DNA of 64,000 nt from Takakia lepidozioides. Its lineage: Eukaryota > Plantae > Bryophyta. This document shows positions 23,407-36,315 of this stretch, piece after piece. Location: assembly GCA_030704615.1 (NCBI GenBank), contig CM060732.1, positions 42,160,001 through 42,224,000 of the forward strand, given 5' to 3'. Under the pieces are notes generated by a model, which was given only the letters and a program-made list of their open reading frames with translations, ran no database searches and was not told the origin of the DNA. Numbering within the stretch: the stretch's first letter is position 1; every line of letters starts with the position of its first letter. The translations under genes were made by a program, and so were the position numbers.

Positions 23407-23765
23407 CTTGGACAGAGGTAGTGGGCATGACAATGGTGAGGCGGACAAGTGACCCAAGGTCTAGCTAGTGGGGCTTCAATGCCATGGATACTCAACTGAA
23501 GATCATGGATTGTATGAAGGCGACTAACGATGGGGCTACGTTTGCACCCGGCTTCTTGATCTATTGACTTCAGGTGTTGGGACTTGTGCGATCAAAGACC
23601 AAGCGATGATCTTATTGGGGTGGATACTCGCAAGCTATCCGGTGTTAGAGGGACCTAATCACCAACTAGGGGGGCAATTGTGGCGTGGCTTTCTAGGAAT
23701 ATATGCTAGGAAGTGTGGTTAGACAACGATGTATGTTGTGGCACGATGCTTAGGTGCACGACAGC

Positions 23766-23921
23766 TGTCATGGTTTTGTTTGTGATTAGTTAGAAATAGT
23801 TATTTCTAACTAATTAGGACATTATACATTTATATTTGTATTTTGTTGGCATTGGGACTTCATTTGGTTCCATGTGCCAAGTGAGGTGGCGAACCTCACT
23901 TGGGACGTGGGGAGGTTATCT
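23766..23921 (+). repeat. Truncated 3' LTR of the DNMT element
   Basis: Matches 12705-12860, then diverges after GGGGAGGTTATCT. Confidence 0.8.
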
Positions 23922-24559
23922 TGGCTTCCCATTTAAGATGATACGTTGCCCTCTTCCGCCGCGCCTTCTTACTCCTCCTTGTGTGCTCGTTTCTTGCCCT
24001 GTGAAGTTCTTTCTTTCCTTCCTCATGGCTTCTAGAGATGCTTCTTCTCACAAAAAGAGGTCAGGATTTGGAACCAGTTCTAGAATAAGGGGTAATTGGG
24101 TTCCCCCCAGCTCCTCTTCCACTCCAATCTCTTCCACTCTTGGTAAGGGTCCCGAAGTTGTGGGAGCCTCTCCGTGCCTGGACTTGGTTCTTTGGGCCAA
24201 ATCTGTGGCCCCCAACACAAACGCTCAAGATGTAAGTTCCCTGGATTTAGAATGCCTTAGAGCTCAACCATTGTTCTCGAACCTGAAGGAGGTTTCTTCT
24301 CCAACTTAGAACTAGACTAGAAATGTATTCAAAGAAAGAACGAAGAGCCGAGTTTTTGACAAGTACCATTCGCCGAATTTTGGATTTTTTTAAACTCTAA
24401 GCAAGCCCAAGGTTACACCAAAAAAACTTACAAAACCAGTTATGATCCTCGTTCATGACATGATTTGAATATTGGTCCAACTAATATAAATTTAGGGCTT
24501 GATGTACCATGGGCTAGTTTCAATACTAAGAACAACTGTGTTTGATGCGATTTTCACAA

Positions 24560-24975
24560 GAACTAGGGTAGCTTGTGCCGTTGGCCCAAGCTGTGTCCAG
24601 TGTCATCTATGTCCAAGTGCAATCCCCAGATACCCCACTTTTGGGAGATCTAGGGCAGCTTGTGCGAGTGGCCTATGTGCGAAGAATTGAAATTTAAACC
24701 CAAGTGCAATCTCCTATGTATCCAAGTCCGTTGGCCCAAGTGTCCAATGTCATCTAAGTCATCTTAGTCTACTCATTTTATTTATTTTTCCCACAGAGCC
24801 TAGGACCAGATTTGAACCGGAGACCTTTCCCTTGATTTAGGGTAGCCTATATCATTGGCCCAAGTGTCCAGTGTCATCTATATCCAAGCGCATCAACATA
24901 TGAAGCAAGCCATATCTAATCATTTTTTTCTCCACAGAGCCTACGACAGATTTGAACCGGAGACCTTCTCTTGAT
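24560..24975. repeat. Local degenerate repeats including tRNA-like (B-box) fragments
   Basis: TTGGCCCAAG(C)TGTCCA.TGTCATCTA three times; CCACAGAGCCTA.GAC.AGATTTGAACCGGAGACCTT twice (minus strand reads GGTTCAAATC). Confidence 0.5.
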
Positions 24976-25983
24976 ATCTATCATGTGGAGGCTCCAACCA
25001 TTGTCCCAGGGATTCCCACTTTGCTATTTTTCGGGAATTTCCAGCGACCCAAAGTACTTGAAATTCCACATCTCCCACACTGTAGGTCCAAAAATCATGA
25101 GACCAAGCCCGTGCACCCCTCCTCGTCGAGGGCTTTCCAATGATACTAAGCACCAGTTTGGGACATCTCAACGTGACAAATCAAAACAAACGTCTCGCTT
25201 CATATATTGATTACGTGAATCAATTCACTATGATCTTCCATTATAATCAATGTGGATCCATATTTTGTCTGCTGTTTTTTTCCTTCAATCCTCTTGTACA
25301 GGAAATTTTGTAAGAGACTAATTGTTGCTAGTTGACATTATCCGTAGTGGCCAATTGCAGCCATAGCAGGTCGTGGTGGGTCTGCAATTGTTGACACATG
25401 GAGGTCAAAAAGTCATTACATTCAATTCTCTTAGACTCGGTCACTCGACACCCTGCCTCTATCCCATTTTATTGGGGTGCACTACAAACACGTCGACATA
25501 GTGGCCAGGCCGGGCTGCCCTATAACGAAAGTGTTGTGCGGACCCAACCATTTTTGTCTGTTTGGATAGTAGGTCAGGTGCATAGAAGGATGCTCGAGAT
25601 ATAGATGACCTCTTGGTGACCTCCTAAAGGGTCCTCTTGATGACCTCGTAGATGACTTTTTCATCACCGATACCAACCGGTTGGCTGGCCGGTAAAGATG
25701 AAAAATCTGTGTTTTGTGGACCTTGAGGGTCCATGCTCGTGCACAAAGAAACGTATGCTGATGAGCTTCTGATGGCTGGGTCCAACCAAGTTTGGAAGTA
25801 AAGTAGCCACATCTAGATATAATAAAGTGACGGAATATGTTCGATAGCGAGGGGGAGAAAAATGAGGCGGATTATTAATTAATTAATTAAATATTTGTTA
25901 AAAAAATCAAAGTGAAACACCTCGAGCAACAGCTCACAAATCAGGCCCCTTAATTATTGTGAGAGGAAAAAATAAAACAACCT

Positions 25984-26103
25984 CTTTCAGAGTAACCTCG
26001 TCGTGGGACACCGCCCAAGGGAAGGGGGAGAAGAGCATACCACATCCATCAAGGTAGCCAGATTTGACCCCAAATCATTAGGGTGGCACTGATTGCACTA
26101 TCC
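25984..26103 (-). mobile_element. tRNA-derived SINE-like copy 1
   Basis: Similar to 26422-26570; degenerate B box on the minus strand. Confidence 0.45.
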
Positions 26104-26421
26104 AGAGCTATCGACTATTGCATGGAAAAAAAGTAGATGTTATATGTATAGACAACCAAGTTGTTTTGGGCAGAAAGTGGTTGTGGTTCAATCCACCGGT
26201 TGGTGTCACAAAGGTGTCCAGACTCCACCATCCAAGTCAGGAGACACCATAATTTATGCTTCCTTTGGGAGGCATCATACTTTTTTACTTCATATACCTA
26301 TAAAATAATATGGAAGCTATATAGAGGTTTGATTTAAAAACAAATGAAAATTTAAGAGGAAATGGACACACTTGGAAGGACCGCGGACAGATCAGACCAC
26401 TGCATCGTAGTTAGAGGAGAT

Positions 26422-26570
26422 CTTTCAAAGTAACCTTACCTAAGGCTGCTAGAGTGACATTGCCCAAGGGAAAGGGGAGAAGATTATACCACACCAGACA
26501 AGGTAGCAGGATTTGAACCCAAAATCACCCGGGTGGCAATGAGTGCTCCATCCAACTTAACCACCAACTG
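26422..26570 (-). mobile_element. tRNA-derived SINE-like copy 2
   Basis: Minus strand TGGTTAAGTTGG (A-box-like) ... GGTTCAAATCC (B box), then a non-tRNA tail shared with copy 1. Confidence 0.5.
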
Positions 26571-28820
26571 ATTGTAAGACAAATGCATGGAATTCATGCA
26601 AGTCGTCCCTTGTTGTATTACAAGAAAATCTCGTGCTGGATGAAACCCTCAATGACCACATGCACCAACTTCACTAGATGAATTACATCCTATTTACACA
26701 TTTCATCTATATGTGTTGAACCTTTTTTTTTTTTTTTTTCCTAACATTCTAGGTATCTACACACGTCTTGATTTAACCTCCACAAACCGTTTGCCCCAGC
26801 CTGGGAAGGCTCTCTTCCTGGTCCTGCATTTGTACCTATGAATGGAAACTATTGTGGTCAGCACGGGAATGTGAATGAAAACCGAGAACTTCATTCACAG
26901 ACTTCATCTTCATCCACACATTTCAGCCAATACTTGTCCATCATTGAATGGCTCGTGAGATGTTTTTTGCCTAGTTCTTCAGGGCCAACAAAACAAGAAA
27001 AGGAAACACGTAAGTTATGGGTATTGTATGGTAAAGTATGCGGTGATTGATGTCGTGCAGCCACGTGCGCGCGGCACGTCTGTTGGCATGCTCGGCCTTC
27101 CGTTCTTGAATGTGGAATCAAAAGTTTGGCTCAAGATGTGCGGCTCCTTGCGCGGAAAGCTTCGGGGCTGCAAGTTTTGGAATACAAACAGTTCCGCTTC
27201 CTCCTCCTCTGCTGGCAGTGCATCAGGTCTCCTTATCTCCCTTTCTTTCATGTGCTAGTTGATCAAAGAAGTTCGGTGGTGGAAGTTTTGGGAATAATTG
27301 AGAGTAGCTGAGTGTTTCATCGGTATGTGTTGCGACAGTTTCACGTTTGTTACTGCACACTCTGTTTTTGTAGGTGTTGCGAAGTCCGGGAAATTCGGTG
27401 GTGGAATCTAATGGAGAATTCAACATTTCTCTGTGTCTGATTCGCAGTATTTGAGTCTATTTCTATCTTCATGTTTTCGTTTAACTGTCGATATTCGTTG
27501 CACGTTTTTCACCAATAAGATCACGGGGCTAGTAAATGAGCGTAGCCAAGCATTCTACGTGTAACGGAGGTCAAGTTAGAGCAAGATCTGTCTGTGTGTT
27601 TGTATGTGTTTCTGCTTTGGTCTGTTTACCTTGTATCAACATGAGATTACCAGGCAGAGTAGGGGTGCAAGGTCATGCATAATTGAGCGAAATCGAAGAA
27701 TTTTCTTGGATCTTAGTCGGAAAATATCCATGTGGAAACTGAAGGAAGAAATGAGTGTCTTCTCCATTTACCTTCGTCTCTTTTATGAAATCTAGGCGGA
27801 CTGATCATATCTGTGATGGCGGAATAATTTAAGAATTTTGCTCTTCCATGCTTCCATACTCACCAGTGATAGTAGTAGAACTTGAAGTAAGATCCTATTC
27901 TTGGGCATATTCTCGCTCTTTCTTCCTTTCCTTGTTTCTCTTTCTCTAATCCAGGGTCGCCCAACGAACAGGTAGCGATGGACTAAGTGTAGCCGGGCTA
28001 TGTCTTTCCCTGCATGTCTTTCAACCATTAGCACATTGAAAGACGAATCAATGTAGCCAAACTGGAGCCGGCTAATTCAAGGTAAATTTGCCACGTTCTT
28101 TCGTTGATACTATATTGGGGGACTGTTTTACCACATTCGAGCATCTATCCTCCTCGTCTCTAGTAGATTAGCGGTGGTGGAACGTGAAGGAAAGAATTTT
28201 GTGTGGTAAAAGCATAGTTCCGTCACTATTCCCTGTTTCTCTGTCTGTAAGTATCTCAAAAACATTGCTGCAACTATTTCCTCCTTCAAGTTACATGGCT
28301 ACTAATGCCTGGTAACCCTAGTTCTTTCAAATCAGTTTGGTATATAATTCCAGGCAGAATCTCAATATTCAAGGAAGATCCAAGCATATTTAAGTGAAAC
28401 TTATTAATTTAAATACACTGTATGAGGATTCTGCAAGAAAAGATATTGATGCAAAAATGTATGAGAACTTCCATCGATACTTGCCAATTCCAGGCCTGGA
28501 GTCGTGGGATTCTGTTTGGAGCTGGCAATGCGTGTAGGCCTTCTGGATTACTGAGAAGGTTTCTTGATGGGACAATGTCTGTCTGTATTCTTGCACACTT
28601 GCTTCTTCGATCATCCACCCAGGCTTGTTTTGTCAGTGAGATCTTGTGTCGATTGTGATTCTTCAACAGTGACACCTGCAACAGGCTCTGGATCATCGCT
28701 TGAAAATGTAAAATTTGGAAGATGGAAGCGTGGACAGTGTAAGAGTGGTCCATTATGTGTTTTCTCTTCGGAGCTTTGGACTGGGATCTACACCCGAGGT
28801 TCAAGGGATAGTGTTGAGAG

Positions 28821-31800
28821 ATGGGTCCTGTTGAACCAACTGAGGACCCCTCTGCTTTTGAGTTTGCCCTGAAAGTTCGGGAGCAGAGGTCTCCGTCTAG
28901 GCTGTCGTTGTCATCGCGGGACATCAGGGCAGATTCAGTCTTTCAAAGGTCTGAATCACTTGTACCAGAGAGGTTTGGGAGCCCCTCCAGGAATCCTGCT
29001 GGCCTGTTGCAGCGCTCAAATTCAGACAGATTGCAATGGTCAACTTCCCCACTGCCCAGACCATCATCACCCACCACGCGCAGTAGACAAGTTGGTGCCA
29101 GAGGACAAGCTTCACCTTCGTTTGAAATTCCTGCAAGGCCCCACTCTCCAGTCCCTCGGTCGCCCCGCTCTTTGTTGCCAGAAGTTGCATTGCCAGAATC
29201 CAGCAAATTAAGTCCTAGACCAAGGTCACCAGTTCATTCACCTGGTCGTCATTCATACAGTCATCGTTTCACTCCAACAAAGAGCCTGACAGGATTTCAA
29301 GGTTCTGGGAGGAAAAGGCGACGGTTATGGAAGAATGGAGGAGTGCTCTCACTAGTGCTCATATTTGCCTGGTTTGCGGTTGATTGGTGGTTTCTGTCTC
29401 ATTTCCATGAGACAGCCCAGGGACTTTTTCACAAGTCAGCCCATTTGCAGGTGGACCACTGTATTGGCTGTAATTTGGGCAGCTCCTAAATTGTAACTTG
29501 AGCAAATGTTCTGTTCCACATGGCTGTGCGATATTGTACAGTTGTCAGAGCTTTGAAGTATGTTTTTGTGTCTAGGAATGGACAGATGTACTCATGATGA
29601 CCTTGTTTCCATAGGCTCGCAGTTGTTTGGATGGAGGACAAAAAAGAGAGGACTGACTTGCTCACTGTTGTGCATGACAGGCAGGGTATGTCAAAGGCCC
29701 AAAACCCCCTGCTGTTATGTATGAGCGGCTCCTCTCACTAGCTGCGCATGTGCTTGCTGAGGTAATATTTTCCCTTTCCTTTCTTACTCTGCCCAGCATA
29801 AGGGAATGCTTTAAGTACATTGTTGATAAGGACAGAAAGAAGAGAAATGAAATGAAATGAAATGGTGCTTTATAACGTCCGCGGAAAGCTCATAGAGCTT
29901 ATGGGACAAAATGGAAAGAAAAACATGAAAGAAAACAGGAAACCAGAGTCAGAGATAAAAACTATTGTTCGAGTGATTGTCTAAGGGTGAATGCCTCGTG
30001 CAGGAAGAGAGAAAAGATTAAAGGAAGCACCAACTTTATATTGTCTGCAAGTGGCCTATGGGACCAGAAGAACAAAAAGAAGAAGAAAGAAACTTATGGA
30101 ATGTGGAACAAAAGAAAACAGTAAATAAGAAATCGGGGCCCTCAACAAGCAGCCCGAAAATTATGGATCAACATCAAGAAGGAAAGTTTATAATGTCGAC
30201 TTGAAGCCCAAAGAGCTTATGGGATGAGAACAACATCAAGAAGACAAGCACTAAATGGATGCTTGAAGAGACAACGGTCTGATTTGCAGTTTCGCGTAGC
30301 ATGTGAATTGATAGCTTTATACATCATCACTAAGGCACAGGTTGGTCTGCAAAAGTCATAGTTGAAGTTGTGGCATATTGCTTCTCCATAAGAAATATAC
30401 CATGATTGCAGATGATGGACAACAGGATCAACCTCCTGATCCATGTGGAGGGCACATTGTACCTTTTCTGTAAACTTGAGGTGCATACTGGCTACATGGA
30501 GAGGCTAACCTTCTACTTCTGCTCAAGTAAGTCTTACTTATTTCTGTGCAGGGAGAGACAAAGAAAGAGCCAGAGGGGCTATGGGAAGAACCATTCCAGG
30601 AGGGTTTGACTTGGAGTCCATGTGCTGATCACCAAACCCCAGGCCATACAGGTCAGTTTCTGTCCTATTGTAGCAATCTAAAAAGGTAACCCAGAAGAAG
30701 GGTTCTTCGAGTAACCATTCTTGCTGCCAGAAAGTGACAAGGTTTGCTGCGGGAACCTCAAGGTGCCTTAATGTATTGGAAATAAACGATGAGGACTGAC
30801 TGTACCCTGTGAAGGTTATGATTCCATAATGGACATATGTCCCCACACAGCACTTACACAGCTGATAACTGAGCCCAATAGAGTGTTAAGGCACAACCAA
30901 CAACACTCCGATTGCAGGGCTGATTGAGTGTTATTCAAGGGCTGGAATTGACCTCATTATGGAAAGCATAATCCCAGCACTGCTAGTGTAGACTTCAACT
31001 ATCACCAAGGTCACACATGGCTGTGGGTGCATCGATACTCACAGTGTAGTGACACGAGGGCAGGCGTAGAGAGGAGAGTGAGTTTGTTTCCCTCCATGAT
31101 ATCGGAAATGTCTGCAAGCGGGCCCATGTAAGAATTACCATTGGTGGATTTATAGTAGTTTCACAATGACTAAATTCATAATGGCGTAGGGATAGCTTGG
31201 AAATGTCAGATGTAACAAGTTGATGATTATGATTGGCAGGACCCCCAGAGCCACAGAAAAGCACAGGATACATCATGATCAGTGCCAATGGTGGCCTTAA
31301 CCAGCAACGTGTTGCGGTATGCCCTGACCTGTTTAGGTTGTATTTGGTTTCTTTCCCCCCCCTATCTTACTAGGAACGCATGATCAGGATTGAGTCATGA
31401 AATTTATGTCCCATGTCAATGCACTGAAGCCTTCTGCACCATAGATGTGCATGAGGATGTGGATATTTCCTACTTTGGCCCTGGGCTCTGTGCTTTGGAG
31501 GGACAGTTGCTGGTCTTTTTGCTTCATTGTGAGGTGAAATGTTAACCAAGGTGGTGTATGAGCAGGTAGTCATAGTATTAATTAATAGCAAACTTGATCG
31601 GTTCTACCTTATGTAAACTTGGCATACTGAGGCTTCTAAAAGATGATCTGATATCCCTCCTGGTCTGTTCTCCTCATTCAGAGAATTTTCACAAGCCAAA
31701 CCTCAGAGGAAAAGTGAGGAAAGTGTATGAAAAGCTAGGATTATCAAGGGAAGGGTGGGCATTGTATTTGGTCATCTGCCGGAACTACTACTACTCTTCT

Positions 31801-34800
31801 TGGCAGAAGAATTAGAATTCAAAGATGCTGATAGGTGTTTGTCTTGCTCAAATCTAGAGCATTTGGTAGCAATCAGTACAATTATTGGTGATAAGTTCGC
31901 CGTAGCGTGGCAAAAATACTTTTGACACTTCATTTCAAAGGAGTGCATTTTGTGAACATAATGAGGAAATAGTTAGGTGTTGGGCGCACAATCAGTGTGA
32001 GCCTCCTTTTGGGAACTTTCAGGGGGTGTTTGCTACAGAATCTTTAGTCTCCTTGCTTGAATCTACTCTGATAAGTGGTCACTTACATTTGTCAGCTACA
32101 TCAATAGATTACACACTGGTGCCAATTACAGCTTTTCTGATGTTAAGGTGGTCTAACACATTTCTGGTCCATCAGTAGTACACACACAGTACTTCCGTCG
32201 ATATCAATATTAACCAACCAGAGGAGATATTGATGTTTGAGGAAGGGAGTTTCAGGTCTGTAATGCCGTGGCAGTGGCACGCCTGCTGAATGCCACTCTG
32301 GTTCTTCCCCGATTCCTGTTCAACAGTGTTTGGAGGGATGCAAGGTGCTTGTCTGCTACACAACCCTCTCTTTTGCATTGTTGCATATGAGTCACTCTGA
32401 ACGCATTGTTGCAATCATTTAAGTGGGAGCATGGTGGAGCTAGTTCATGGACATATATCAAGAAACAGTTGTCCAGGAGTTTCTTTTTCTCTTCTGTTTC
32501 ATGGCTTTCCTCAAGACACCGGTTTCCATGGAGGCTGGGGTTTGCAGTCAGTTTGGAGACATTTATGAAGAGAGCTTCTTCATCAATTATCTGAAAGATG
32601 ATGTGCAAATTGTGGCTGATCTACCCTTGGAGCTGCAGTCCTTGGATCTTGAGGCGATTGGCAGCCTCGTAAGCTCTCCTGGATCCTGATTCTCAATTCC
32701 AGAGTTCAGCAGTCACAGCATTTGTTGCATCCTGCATTCTGGGCATCAAAACTCAATCATTGCTCTGCAAAAACTTTTGCTTGGACAGAAGAACCCTTAA
32801 TTGGCAAATTAGATCTCTATTCCACCAAACTGCAACTACGACTCAAGATTCTCTGAGAGCAGCTCTGGAAATTTTTTACGGATATGGCTGCACCATCTTT
32901 GCATGTTTTGTTTAGTTACTTGTGAGCCTCCAACATGGCAAGCTCTGCCTTTCCCTCCCTTTCTTTGGTCAAATGAAACTGTGTCCACGAATATGGCTTG
33001 ATGACATCACTACCTTGCACCTTGATCTGTGTTTCTTATGGACTGCCTTGAAACTTCTTGAGTTGCGCCTCGGTTGTTCTCCAAAGCATGGCGGTGGTGG
33101 CTTTGCTGACGTGACAATGTAGGTGACAGATATGGAGGTTCCAAAGGAAGCCAAACCCAGCTTTTATCTCCTGAATATTCTACCTCAGTTACTTCGCACT
33201 CGTGTTGTCCACTTTTTGGGTTTTGGGAATCGCCTCTCCTTCGACCCTGTCCCCTTCGACATTCAGGTATTGATTGGGTCTGAAATTCAGGTCTTTATGT
33301 CAATTCTATACCCCATTTTCACAGAGGAATCTTCCATCTTTACTATGACATCACTGGGGACTTATAACGTGTGGTCGCTGTTAGACAAGATGTGGTGCAG
33401 TGGTCTTGTACTCTTAGTTTGACTTTGGAGAGAATGTTCGTCTTGGTTTCCTTTCTCCTTATTTTGTTGCTACTTTGGTATGACTGTACTTCGATTTTCC
33501 TCTCTTCATTGTCACTTTTCTTGTGCCTTCTGTTTTCATCTGTGAAAGTTCTTCTTTACCTTGGAATTGGCATTCTGATCGTATCTCTGATTACATCTCG
33601 AATGTGATTACCTCTCAAAGCCTACTAGGCTCTCACATATGCGCACATTTACCTTTGTATTGTAGTAGTTCAGTGGTATGGTGCCTAAGGTACTTGGCCA
33701 TATCATATGGGCCTTCAGTATTCAAACAACCTGTTTGGTCGTGGTTGATGGGTCATGTACTCTAACCTGGTCCACCCAGTTGTGGACAGAGCATTGTTCA
33801 CCAAGGTAGACCAGAGTATTTAGAGTAAGTGCCTCCTGTGGCCATAGCAGGTCAGGAGGTACCAACGCTGGCCAGTGGGGACCATTTCTTCTCTGGTTAG
33901 AATGGGGTTTAGCTGGGCTCCTTTACCTGGATTGGAATCTTGGGATGCTGGATCTGTGGTGAATAGTCAGTTTCACAAAGTAAGAAAAGAACCAAAATGG
34001 GGATGACAAGGTTTTGAAAGGATTCACTCAAAAAGAATGCCGTATTTTCCTTTAAAAAAAAGTGTGGGAGTGCTCTTGACTTGACATGACGAAATTGTGA
34101 GGAAGTCTGTATTTCCCTAGAAGAACTACCCTGGTAGGTTTGCCCTTAGGTGGAAAGTGAGTAGTGTTTCATCAAGTTTACAAGTAATTTCCATATAAAC
34201 AATAGCGGGTTACTTCTGTATTTAGCTGATGCTGTGATTAAGACCCAGTTGGATATTGGTTAGTCAGATTTAGTGACAAAGTTTCCCGAGGAACCGTTCT
34301 TTTTAGACACTGAAGTTGTGCAGCTATACTCAGTTGTTCCTGTCAATTTCTACCTCTAATTTTAAGTGCCTGAAGTCATGCATTGAAGAGATGAGGTTAC
34401 TATTTGCAGAGACTGCGGTGCCGGTGCAATTTCCATGCATTGCGCTTTCTTCCAAAGTTGCAAGAGACGGGAGATTTAATTGTCCAGCGAATGCGGGACA
34501 GAAGGCCTCAATGGGGTCCCCTGGAAGACAGTATTATTTTGGATGGAAATGGTCTAACTACAGGTAAACAGAGTATATCCACACCTGAGCTTTCTAGTGA
34601 CTAATATGTTGCCATATAAACCTACAGGTTCTCGCAGGAACTCAGTGTCCAGTGTCTGGTCATTATTACCTTATTCATTACCTAGAGACTCAAGCCTTAA
34701 GGTACCCACCTGCGCAATGTGATTGTCCCTCCCGCTGCTGAGTGGACCATTGAGCATATCGAAGTATGGACCTGATGTGTGGCCACATGCCCCATCCACT

Positions 34801-36315
34801 GGGCTATCTGCTTAAAGCCTTGTCAAGTTCATAACGGAAGGTGCAATGTTTGTTTGAGATGGATTGTGGCATGGTCACAGCTCAAGTATTTAAGCCAATT
34901 GGTACAGCTGGTTTTATGTAATTGTTATTCATGCAAATTATGGGACTCTGAAACATACATTGTTCTGTGGCAGATTCTGTTAAGAAAGAAAATGGTACCT
35001 TGAGCACTCCCAAGTACTTGGCTTTGCACATGAGATTTGAGGTGGACATGGCTGCTTATTCAATGTGCTATTTTGGTGGAGGTGTGACGGAGAGGGAGGA
35101 ACTAAGTGCATATCGAGCTATTCATTTCCCTACTCTTACGAAGTTTGAACAGAGTGGCAAGTAAGTGCACCTCACCATCTGCATCAATACTGCACGTAGA
35201 ACATCCGTGTCCGGACTAATAATCAGGGGGAAATTAAGGGCTCATTGTAGATCTTTGATAAACTTCTGCACTTTATTCTCATTTATGTGGCTGGAACAAC
35301 CAACTCCATGGTACAGATTGGTCATAGCGTCAAGACAAAGAGAGCTTGGAAAGTGTCCTTTGATGCCGGAAGAGGTTGTCTCGATGCTGGTGGCACTTGG
35401 CTTCAAGCGAGGAACACGGATTTATTTGGCAGGGTCCCATGTATATGGTGGGCAAGCAAGGATGGTGGCGCTCACAAATCTGTTCCCTAATATAGTGACC
35501 AAAGAGAACCTTTTGACAGAGGCAGAAATAGCACCTTTCGTCAATCATTCATCTCAGGTATGTGTTCTATGTGTAAGCCCTTGAGTTATGGGAGTGAAGG
35601 GCTGGGCTACTCTGTTGGATAGGCAAGTTAGAGCCTGTCAATCCCATCACCCTCGGCGCCCTGTTGCTCTTCCCTTCCTTTGTTTTAGTGTGAAGATTCA
35701 CTAGGTAGTTGGATGTCCTTAAGGACCTTGCTCTGCTCTGCCTGGCAGTAACTCTTTCTCTGATCTGGTCATCGGATCTGATCCACTCGGGAATGAAACT
35801 CAGCCCAAATTCGCTACGACAAGGTCGGTCCAGAAGGAACTTCAACAAAGTGAACACTTTTGCTGCAATGAGTAGCACACTTTCTCAAAAGGGCTTTCAA
35901 CCCAACAATAGGATATACAAAGAGAAAATGAGGGTGCAAAGATAATTTGCATTGATGTTTGCCAGTGGTGGGGGTGGGGGAGGGATTGCAGTTAGCAGCT
36001 CTGGATTACTTAGGATGTGTTGCAGCTGATGTGTTTGCCATGTCGGACTCGGGAAGCCAACTCTCGTCTTTGGTTGCTGGGCATCGTATATACTACGGGG
36101 GTGGGCAATCCCCAACAATCCGCCCCAACAAGAAGCGCTTGACAAGTATCTTTGAAGAGAGTGCCACCATTGAATGGAACCAGTTTGAAGAGAGGGTTAG
36201 GAAAACAGTGCAGGAGAGTAAAAGGATTTCAGTTCGTCCAGTTGCTCGTAGCATCTATAGACATCCAAGGTGTAAGGAATGCATGTGCCAAGTGAAGGGC
36301 TCAAATCTTGATTAG
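28821..36315 (+). CDS. Plant O-fucosyltransferase-family (GT106/DUF246-type) glycosyltransferase
   Basis: Approximate exons: 28821-29450 (Ser/Pro-rich N-terminus + TM helix), 29682-29761, 30552-30651, 31240-31316 ([17 protein letters not shown]), 32256-32343 ([18 protein letters not shown]), 32547-32668, 33123-33266, 34410-34563 ([13 protein letters not shown]), 34972-35160 ([18 protein letters not shown]), 35318-35557 (GKCPLMPEE), 35990-36315 (LAALDY...[18 protein letters not shown]). Confidence 0.93.
29845..30260 (-). repeat. Cluster of short retroposon 3' ends in an intron
   Basis: Motif TTTATA.TGTC...AGAGCTTATGGGAC recurs at ~29870, ~30035 and ~30190, and also at ~38865 and ~43650. Two copies abut (GAAAT)n, i.e. 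a (CATTT)n tail on the minus strand. Confidence 0.5.

Larger units (their letters stand above)
12705..23921 (+). mobile_element. Ty3/gypsy LTR retrotransposon carrying a DNA cytosine-5 methyltransferase and a PHD finger; degenerate, internal segment ~13872-22694 inverted
   Basis: Direct repeats starting TGTCATGG at 12705 and 23766. After undoing the inversion the order is leader, gag with two zinc knuckles, protease, C5-MTase, RT, RNase H, integrase, PHD. The right LTR is truncated, so no TSD can be tested. Confidence 0.88.

Noticed and set aside
23922-24309. ORF after the truncated LTR as a gene
   Set aside because: The ORF starts inside the LTR, is low-complexity and has no recognisable domain.
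24790-26570. Functional tRNA genes
   Set aside because: Only box-like motifs; no cloverleaf could be built.
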